Virus record (IMG/VR): IMGVR_UViG_3300045790_000889
DNA: 64,000 nt
DNA from: an uncultured virus (IMG/VR IMGVR_UViG_3300045790_000889)
Taxonomy: Duplodnaviria > Heunggongvirae > Uroviricota > Caudoviricetes
Direction: 5' to 3' (one strand)
Of this stretch, positions 57,760 through 64,000 are shown in pieces (within the stretch, counting starts at the first letter, position 1; each line of letters starts with the position of its first letter). The notes beneath the pieces are model-generated. The model worked only from the letters and a program-made list of their open reading frames with translations. It was not told the origin of the DNA and did not search any database. The translations under genes and the position numbers were made by a program.

Positions 57760-58320
57760 ATGAAACTAAAGCCAAGTGAAATGTATGATTTAGCAAAAAA
57801 CGATGAAATACAGAATTATATACAAAACAATCTTTATGACCCATGGATAGGAAGCCCCTTTGAAGGATATAGATATATGGGTAATAAACAAAAGGGTGAA
57901 CTAGGAGAGAGATTAGTAACTCTAATAATGGAAAAGGCAGGGTACATTGTTGAATTTGCTCACACATCAACTGCTGGATACGATAGAATTTTAAATGGAA
58001 TTAAAACGGAAATTAAGTTTTCTGTTGCACATACAGACACTAAAAAAAGATCAATCAAAAAAGATTGTTTTACAATGAACCATGTCGCAGTTGGTAAAGA
58101 TTGGGACCGTCTTATTTTTATTGGAGTAAATGAAAATCCTAATGAATTTAAGGCTGTGTATATGACAAAAGAAATGTTTGAAAACTGTCTGAAAACAGAT
58201 AATCATTTTAATCATCAACAAGGTGGTAAAAATTCAAAGAATGATGATTATATGGTTACGGAGAAAAAACTTAGAGAACTAATGCAATCAGAATATGTAA
58301 AAGAATTGAGTGCATGGTAA
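57760..58320 (+). CDS. Putative type II-like restriction endonuclease
   Basis: KGELGE...GYD....G.KTEIKFS...WDRLIFIG PD-(D/E)xK pattern; overlaps the MTase gene. Confidence 0.65.
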   Translation: MKLKPSEMYDLAKNDEIQNYIQNNLYDPWIGSPFEGYRYMGNKQKGELGERLVTLIMEKAGYIVEFAHTSTAGYDRILNGIKTEIKFSVAHTDTKKRSIKKDCFTMNHVAVGKDWDRLIFIGVNENPNEFKAVYMTKEMFENCLKTDNHFNHQQGGKNSKNDDYMVTEKKLRELMQSEYVKELSAW

Positions 58321-59042
58321 AAACTATACTTGGTGATTGCTTAGAGGTATTGCCTACAATTGAAGATAATTCAGTAGATATGCTTCTTGTTGATCTTCCT
58401 TATGGTACTACTGCATGTAAATGGGATTCTGTTATTCCATTAGATAAACTATGGGAACAGTATGATAGGGTTTGTAAGAAAAATGCAGCAATGGTTTTTA
58501 CCGCAATGCAACCATTCACAACAATTCTTGCTGCTTCTAATATAGAAAATTTAAGATATGAATGGATTTGGGAAAAACCTCAAGGCACAAACCCCATGAA
58601 TGTGAAGATAATGCCGTTAAAATCCCATGAAAATATCTTAGTATTTTATAGGGAGAAACCAACTTATAATCCTCAAATGTGGTATAGTACACCTTATTCT
58701 GGATTTAGTAGCGATACTGCAAAAATTGGTGAAGTGTATGGCAATGCTGAATCAAAACATAGGGATAACCCAGAAGGATCAAGATACCCAAAAACAGTGA
58801 TAAAACATAAACAAGAAAAAGGTTATCATCCTACTCAAAAACCAGTAGGTTTGATGGAATATTTGATAAAGACTTACACTAATGAATGGGATGTTGTTCT
58901 TGATAATACAATGGGTTCTGGAACTACAGGAGTTGCTTGCGTCCATACAAATAGAGAATTTATAGGAATAGAAAAAGAAGAAAAGTATTTTAAAATAGCA
59001 GAAAAAAGATTAGGTACAAATTTAAATGAATTTTTCTATTGA
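58314..59042 (+). CDS. Beta-class N6-adenine/N4-cytosine DNA methyltransferase
   Basis: GDCLEV, DLPYG (motif IV), HPTQKPV, VLDNTMGSGTTG (motif I), FIGIE. Confidence 0.93.
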   Translation: MVKTILGDCLEVLPTIEDNSVDMLLVDLPYGTTACKWDSVIPLDKLWEQYDRVCKKNAAMVFTAMQPFTTILAASNIENLRYEWIWEKPQGTNPMNVKIMPLKSHENILVFYREKPTYNPQMWYSTPYSGFSSDTAKIGEVYGNAESKHRDNPEGSRYPKTVIKHKQEKGYHPTQKPVGLMEYLIKTYTNEWDVVLDNTMGSGTTGVACVHTNREFIGIEKEEKYFKIAEKRLGTNLNEFFY

Positions 59043-59108
59043 CTCTCTGATACAAATCATGTATTCATATAGTTGAAGTTAGTAAATAAAACAAAACGGA
59101 GCATACTG

Positions 59109-59216
59109 ATGTTAGCAACTAATCACTCAACATACCAAGCATATCAATTGGCAATGGTCGCTCAAGGTTATCAAGTTATACCTCAATCGCTTTGGAATGC
59201 ACTACAGGCAGAATGA
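59109..59216 (+). CDS. 35-aa small ORF (not in the ORF track)
   Basis: GGAG SD 7 nt before ATG; MLATNHSTYQAYQLAMVAQGYQVIPQSLWNALQAE fills the intergenic gap. Confidence 0.5.
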   Translation: MLATNHSTYQAYQLAMVAQGYQVIPQSLWNALQAE

Positions 59217-59235
59217 ACCTTAATAGGAGAATATC

Positions 59236-59439
59236 ATGCACAGTAAAAAAGAATATAAATTTAATTCAGAGGCAGATGCTCAAAAGTTTGCTGATGCCGA
59301 AAATCAATCGTATGATCCTAGTTGTGATGTTTACATTACTGGACCTTTCTTTGTAGATGAGTCAAACACATTTAAAGATATGCCATGGGTTACTGATACT
59401 AAAACATACTGGCATGTTGGTGTAGAAGTTTACAGATAA
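59236..59439 (+). CDS. Hypothetical protein (67 aa)
   Basis: AGGAG SD. Confidence 0.65.
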   Translation: MHSKKEYKFNSEADAQKFADAENQSYDPSCDVYITGPFFVDESNTFKDMPWVTDTKTYWHVGVEVYR

Positions 59440-59445
59440 AATCTG

Positions 59446-59480
59446 TTGACAAAATGTCCCATATATGTTAATATGGGACA
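59446..59480 (+). promoter_or_regulatory. Sigma70-type promoter overlapped by a 10-bp inverted repeat
   Basis: TTGACA-N17-TAATAT; tgtcccatat-N6-atatgggaca. Confidence 0.65.
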
Positions 59481-59501
59481 AATTTAAATAAAGGATATAT
59501 T

Positions 59502-59843
59502 ATGGAAACTAAAAAAATCAAAACGCACGAATTTCCTGTGATGGCATTAATCAATAAAATTGGTGATTGGCATGAAAATCGTAATTTGATTGATGGATCA
59601 AGTGACAAAGACCAAGTTTTGAAATTGATGCAAGAATTGGGAGAGTTGTCCGACAGCGTTTGTAAGGGTAATGATATTCGTGATGATTTAGGTGATATGA
59701 TGGTTGTAATGATCAATATCATGAAACGTAATAATATTACTATGAATGAATGTTTAACAGTTGCTTACAATGATATTAAAGATCGTAAAGGTAAAATGAT
59801 TGATGGTATCTTTGTAAAGGAATCCGATTTAAAGGATATGTAG
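59502..59843 (+). CDS. MazG-like nucleotide pyrophosphohydrolase
   Basis: KLMQELGEL...DDLGD...AYNDIKDRKGKMIDG.FVKESD. Confidence 0.85.
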   Translation: METKKIKTHEFPVMALINKIGDWHENRNLIDGSSDKDQVLKLMQELGELSDSVCKGNDIRDDLGDMMVVMINIMKRNNITMNECLTVAYNDIKDRKGKMIDGIFVKESDLKDM

Positions 59844-60778
59844 TGTACTCGCTTACGATATTCAAATCTATATATGACAACAAAACCCACCGTAGAATGA
59901 ATTTTTCGCGGTGGGAAGCCTTTAATGATTTCCTATATAAATTATCAGAACAAAAAATAGAAAGTAAAAAAGATGCTCAACTTATATCACCTGCTACTTA
60001 CTTATCTAATACGACTAGGGCAAACGCGAATGTGGTTAATTGGGCAAATTGGACTGCTGTTGATGTTGATGATCATGTCTTTAAAGGAAACTTAAAGGAT
60101 GAGTTATTTAATCGCTTTGGCGATTATACCTATATTTGTTATAGTACCGCTAGTAGTTCTATTGACCATCCGAAGTTTAGACTTGTATTCCCGCTCAGTA
60201 AAGAGGTTGAAAATTCTAAAATTCGTCACTTCTGGTTCTCGCTTAATAAAGAACTCAGTGAAATCGGAGATGGGCAAACAAAAGACTTATCAAGGATGTA
60301 TTATATCCCTGCTAATTATTCTAATGCTAACAACTTTATATTCAATAATGTTGGCAGTGATATTGATCCTGACAAATTAATGAGTAAACATTCATATGAA
60401 GTGAAAAGTGGTAGTAGTTTCAAAGACCGTATGCCAAAACACATAGCAGATAGAGCAATTGAATATGAAAAGAATAAATTAGACAATACTGATGTTAGGT
60501 GGACAGGATATAGAGATTGTCCATTTGTAAATAAACGTCAGATACATGATTGGTTTGATATTTCTGGTGTTGACAATTCTGGTAGATATGCTATGATATA
60601 TAAAATTATGGTAAGTACTGCAATGAATGCAATAAGTAGAAAGTATCCAATAACATCATTTGAGTTGGAGCAACTGATAAGAGAACTAGACAGTGAAACT
60701 TCTAGAAAATATGAAAAAAGACCTTTGGCTGTTGAAGCCGATAGAGCAATAGAATACGCATATAGAAACGTGTTGTAA
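59843..60778 (+). CDS. AEP/prim-pol-like protein
   Basis: AVDVD, YSTAS...PKFRLVFPL and D..TKDLSRMYYIP motifs; helical C-terminal domain. Confidence 0.55.
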   Translation: MYSLTIFKSIYDNKTHRRMNFSRWEAFNDFLYKLSEQKIESKKDAQLISPATYLSNTTRANANVVNWANWTAVDVDDHVFKGNLKDELFNRFGDYTYICYSTASSSIDHPKFRLVFPLSKEVENSKIRHFWFSLNKELSEIGDGQTKDLSRMYYIPANYSNANNFIFNNVGSDIDPDKLMSKHSYEVKSGSSFKDRMPKHIADRAIEYEKNKLDNTDVRWTGYRDCPFVNKRQIHDWFDISGVDNSGRYAMIYKIMVSTAMNAISRKYPITSFELEQLIRELDSETSRKYEKRPLAVEADRAIEYAYRNVL

Positions 60779-60787
60779 GGAGTTTAT

Positions 60788-61051
60788 GTGATAATGGGAA
60801 ATAGTTTATTTGATGACGATGATGATCAGTCAACATCTGAATGGACAGATATGCCTGAGTTTGTCCAACCAAAGCAAGAAGAATTTGCTAAAGTTATTGT
60901 TAGATTTCGTAACGAAGAAGATTTGAATGAGTTTCAAAAATTGATTGATCAAATCGTAACAACAAGAACAAAGAGTATTTGGCATCCCAAATTGGTTAGA
61001 GGTGCTACACTGCAAGAAGTTTGGGTTGATGAGTTTTTTGATGAAGAATAA
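60788..61051 (+). CDS. Small protein preceding the glycosyltransferase
   Basis: EW.DMPEFVQ...IVRFRNEEDL..F...TKSIWHP; overlaps the GT start. Confidence 0.7.
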   Translation: MIMGNSLFDDDDDQSTSEWTDMPEFVQPKQEEFAKVIVRFRNEEDLNEFQKLIDQIVTTRTKSIWHPKLVRGATLQEVWVDEFFDEE

Positions 61052-61916
61052 TTACCCAATATATGTGGTATCCAAAAATAGGTGGGAGAGTCGTATGACT
61101 ATGAAGCACCTTGATTGGATGGGGTGTGATTATTATATTGTAATTGAACAATCACAATGGAATGAGTATGCTGCAACTTGTGGTAAAGAAAAACTGTTAG
61201 TTCTTCCACAGTCATATATTGATGATTATGATACATGGGATAACTTGGGTGATAGTAAATCCAAAGGCCCAGGTGCTGCGCGAAACTTTGCTTGGGATCA
61301 CTCAATAAGCAATGGTGACAAAAGACACTGGGTAATGGATGATAACTTTGAGGGGTTTTATCGCCTCAACAGAAACCGAATTTTATTCTCTAAAACTCCT
61401 AGAGTTTTCTTAGCGATGGAAGATTTTGCTGATAGGTATGTTAATGCCCCAATAGTAGGTCCAAACTATGCTTGCTTTGTAAAATCAACTGATGCTGTAC
61501 CACCTTACATATTAAATACCAGAATTTATAGTTGTCTGTTGATTGAAAACGCAGTCAAATATCGTTGGAGGGGGCGGTATAATGAGGATACCGACTTATC
61601 ATTAAGGGTATTGAAGGATGGTTTATGTACTATTCAATTCAATGCATTTCTTGCTGGTAAACTTACTACTCAAAAAATTACTGGTGGTAATACTGATGAG
61701 TTCTATTCTACAGAAGGTACTTATCCAAAGTCTAAGATGTTAGAGGATATGCATCCAGATGTTGCAAAGGTTGTTTGGAAATTTAATCGCTGGCATCATC
61801 ACGTAGATTACAAAAGATTTAGAAAAAATACCTTAATTCGTCATTCAGACTATACTCCAATAAAAGGTATAAATGAGTATGGAATGAGGTTGGTTGATAG
61901 AAAAGGTTTAAGATAA
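61041..61916 (+). CDS. GT-A glycosyltransferase of the TET-associated (TAGT/GREB1-like) type
   Basis: YPIYVVSK.R, GAARN, WVMDDN, TRIYSC.LI, WRGRYNEDTDLSL, GGNT. Confidence 0.8.
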   Translation: MKNNYPIYVVSKNRWESRMTMKHLDWMGCDYYIVIEQSQWNEYAATCGKEKLLVLPQSYIDDYDTWDNLGDSKSKGPGAARNFAWDHSISNGDKRHWVMDDNFEGFYRLNRNRILFSKTPRVFLAMEDFADRYVNAPIVGPNYACFVKSTDAVPPYILNTRIYSCLLIENAVKYRWRGRYNEDTDLSLRVLKDGLCTIQFNAFLAGKLTTQKITGGNTDEFYSTEGTYPKSKMLEDMHPDVAKVVWKFNRWHHHVDYKRFRKNTLIRHSDYTPIKGINEYGMRLVDRKGLR

Positions 61917-61922
61917 TTTAAA

Positions 61923-61945
61923 ATTGTAAACTCAGAGTTTACAAT
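61923..61945. promoter_or_regulatory. Perfect palindrome, operator-like
   Basis: ATTGTAAACTC-A-GAGTTTACAAT upstream of the aldolase gene. Confidence 0.5.
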
Positions 61946-61984
61946 AGATCAATATAATAAAGATTTATAATATAGGAGAAATGC

Positions 61985-62788
61985 ATGACATTTATAGCAG
62001 CAATGGATCATTCTGGTGGTAGCACTGGCGGCGTATTAGAGCGATATGGTCAAGAATATACTGAAGATAATAAAATGGATTTAGTTCACCGTATGCGACT
62101 GCGTATGGTATTGAACGAAAACTTTACAAGTGATAAGATTAGTCATGCAATCCTTTACAAAGATTCTGTTGAAAAGGATATGGTGGCTGTTCTTGCAAAT
62201 AAAGGTATTCATGCTATTCTGAAGGTTGATAGTGGATGTGAAGCAAATGGTTTCTTGAAGGTATTTGATGTTGATTCAATGATACGTTTTGCTTTAGGGG
62301 CTGGTTGTGTAGGAACCAAAATGAGAAGTATTGTTAAAGATATGTATGATATTCCAAAACTTCTTGATCAACAATTTGAGTTAGCGTGGAGAATTTCAAA
62401 CGCTGGTCTTACGCCAATAGTAGAACCAGAAGTTCCTATTGATGCGTTTAATAAATCAGTCATTGAAAAACATCTAAATGAAGAATTGATGAATCGTTGT
62501 AGAGATTTTCCTGGCCAACTTATTCTTAAACTTACCATACCTGATATTTCAGAAACGTACAATAATTTGTATGAATACAATTCAGTTGAAAAAATTGTTG
62601 GTCTAAGTGGGGGGTATTCAACTGAGGAAGCATGTACCAAATTGTCTCGCTCACCACATATGAGTGCAAGTTTCAGTAGAGGTTTAAGTGAAGGTCTATT
62701 CCATTCACAAACAGATGAAGAGTTTAATGAAAGAATTAAATCAAACATAGATATGATATATAAAGCAAGCAAATGGAGTAAAGTATGA
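61985..62788 (+). CDS. Class I fructose-1,6-bisphosphate aldolase (bacterial type)
   Basis: FIAAMDHSGGS, LKVDSG, GTKMRS, PIVEPEV, LKLT, LSGGYS, ASFSR.L. Confidence 0.9.
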   Translation: MTFIAAMDHSGGSTGGVLERYGQEYTEDNKMDLVHRMRLRMVLNENFTSDKISHAILYKDSVEKDMVAVLANKGIHAILKVDSGCEANGFLKVFDVDSMIRFALGAGCVGTKMRSIVKDMYDIPKLLDQQFELAWRISNAGLTPIVEPEVPIDAFNKSVIEKHLNEELMNRCRDFPGQLILKLTIPDISETYNNLYEYNSVEKIVGLSGGYSTEEACTKLSRSPHMSASFSRGLSEGLFHSQTDEEFNERIKSNIDMIYKASKWSKV

Positions 62789-63135
62789 CAATCGCAGGAA
62801 AAGTATGGGGTCAAACAGAATTGATTGAGGCAAATGGTGCGTTAGAATTTCATCGTATTGAAATGGAAGGCGGCGGCGTCTGTTCAAAACATCTACATGA
62901 GTATAAATGGAATGGCTTTTATATTGAGTCAGGAATTATGCTTGTTCGCGTCTGGCAGAATGATTATGATTTGATTGATGAGACTATTTTAAACGCTGGT
63001 GAATATACTAAAGTAAAACCCGGTGTGTATCATCAATTTGAGTGTATTGAGCCGGGAGTGGCATTTGAATTGTACTGGGCAGAATTTAACCATAGTGATA
63101 TTGTGAGAGAAACTGTAGGTCATTCTGCTTTATAA
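62785..63135 (+). CDS. Cupin-fold protein
   Basis: KVWG..E, CSKHLH..K...FYI..G, PGVYHQF. Confidence 0.8.
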   Translation: MTIAGKVWGQTELIEANGALEFHRIEMEGGGVCSKHLHEYKWNGFYIESGIMLVRVWQNDYDLIDETILNAGEYTKVKPGVYHQFECIEPGVAFELYWAEFNHSDIVRETVGHSAL

Positions 63136-63146
63136 AGGACGTTAAA

Positions 63147-64000
63147 ATGAACGCATATGCTGATGCTGGTGTTAATATTGAAAAGGGAAACGAGATAGCA
63201 AAATATCTTGGCTTCAAAGATTTTGGTGCCTCTTTAATGATTGGCGGTGAGGAAGTTGTTATATCTACTGATGGGGTAGGTACAAAGATTTTAGTTGCCG
63301 AAGCACAAAATAAATTTGATACCATTGGTATTGATCTTGTCGCAATGTGTGTAAATGATATTCTATGTAAGTTTGCTCAACCAATAGGATTTCTTGATTA
63401 TTACGCGACAGGGGAAATATGCCTTGATAAATCAAAAGAAATTTTGAAAGGAATATTAAAAGGCTGCGAACTTGCTGGTTGTACTCTTATGGGCGGTGAG
63501 ACCGCTGAGATGCCAGGAGTTTATGAGGGGTCTAAATTTGACCTTGCTGGTTTTGTTGTTGGTACTGTAATTGATCGTCATGTGCCTAGAATTGTGCAAG
63601 AAGGCGATATTCTTGTAGGCATTCATTCAAGTGGCCCACACTCAAATGGATTTAGTATGCTAAGAGAAGTATTACCAATTGATGAAATACCACTTACACC
63701 CACAAGAATTTATACAGATGAAATACTGAATAACCATCATTTGATTAATGCAGTATCACATATTACTGGTGGTGGTCTTATAGAAAATATTCCTAGAATG
63801 TTGGGTGGTAGAGAACACTCTTTAGAAGTTTCAATTGTAGGTGATTTGGTGTATGGTAATGATTGGTGGAATGATTTATATTTAAAGTGTCAAAATAAAA
63901 TGGATATGAGAGAATTTTTAACAATATTTAATGGTGGTTACGGTATGGTGTTAGCCGTTTCTCCACACAATGTGGATAAGTTAAATATAGAAAATGTTAA
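63147..64000 (+). CDS. purM: Phosphoribosylaminoimidazole (AIR) synthetase, 3'-truncated (not in the ORF track)
   Basis: MNAYADAGVNI, TDGVGTK, GIDLVAMCVND, FLDY, GGETAEMPG, SSGPHSNG, HITGGG; frame open to the end of the window. Confidence 0.95.
   Translation, partial: MNAYADAGVNIEKGNEIAKYLGFKDFGASLMIGGEEVVISTDGVGTKILVAEAQNKFDTIGIDLVAMCVNDILCKFAQPIGFLDYYATGEICLDKSKEILKGILKGCELAGCTLMGGETAEMPGVYEGSKFDLAGFVVGTVIDRHVPRIVQEGDILVGIHSSGPHSNGFSMLREVLPIDEIPLTPTRIYTDEILNNHHLINAVSHITGGGLIENIPRMLGGREHSLEVSIVGDLVYGNDWWNDLYLKCQNKMDMREFLTIFNGGYGMVLAVSPHNVDKLNIENV

Noticed and set aside
677..63325. Numerous 60-150 aa minus-strand or alternate-frame ORFs in the track
   Set aside because: They are nested in well-supported + strand genes, lack SDs and recognisable motifs, and look like shadow ORFs.
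1..64000. tRNA/rRNA genes, integrase or transposase, alternative genetic code
   Set aside because: Intergenic gaps are short with no cloverleaf seen by eye, no recombinase motifs were recognised, and core genes translate fully with the standard code.

Overview
AT-rich 64 kb segment of a large T4-like myovirus, probably an aquatic phage of a proteobacterial host (inference). Almost all genes are on the + strand. The order is: giant fibre/adhesin-like virion genes (1-18.9 kb); neck, terminase, tail and portal (gp13-gp20); two extra fibre-like genes inside the head cluster; head genes (gp67/68-like, gp21-23); gp3, uvsY, uvsW, gp55, gp47/46, gp45/44/62 and regA; an accessory block; DNA polymerase gp43 flanked by two restriction-like nucleases plus a DNA methyltransferase; a MazG-like/AEP-like/TAGT glycosyltransferase cluster; and metabolic genes (pyrD-like, class I aldolase, cupin, purM). 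T4 late promoters (TATAAATA) and sigma70-type promoters are clearly visible. The two most interesting signals are: (1) a late-transcribed cassette whose proteins, including a (p)ppGpp-hydrolase-like HD enzyme, start with T4 internal-protein-like capsid-targeting leaders, suggesting packaged and injected effectors; (2) strong Asp-Ser (DS) enrichment concentrated in predicted outer virion proteins, suggesting a selected modification or binding motif. All calls come from motif recognition and synteny by eye. No searches were run, and counts are approximate hand counts.
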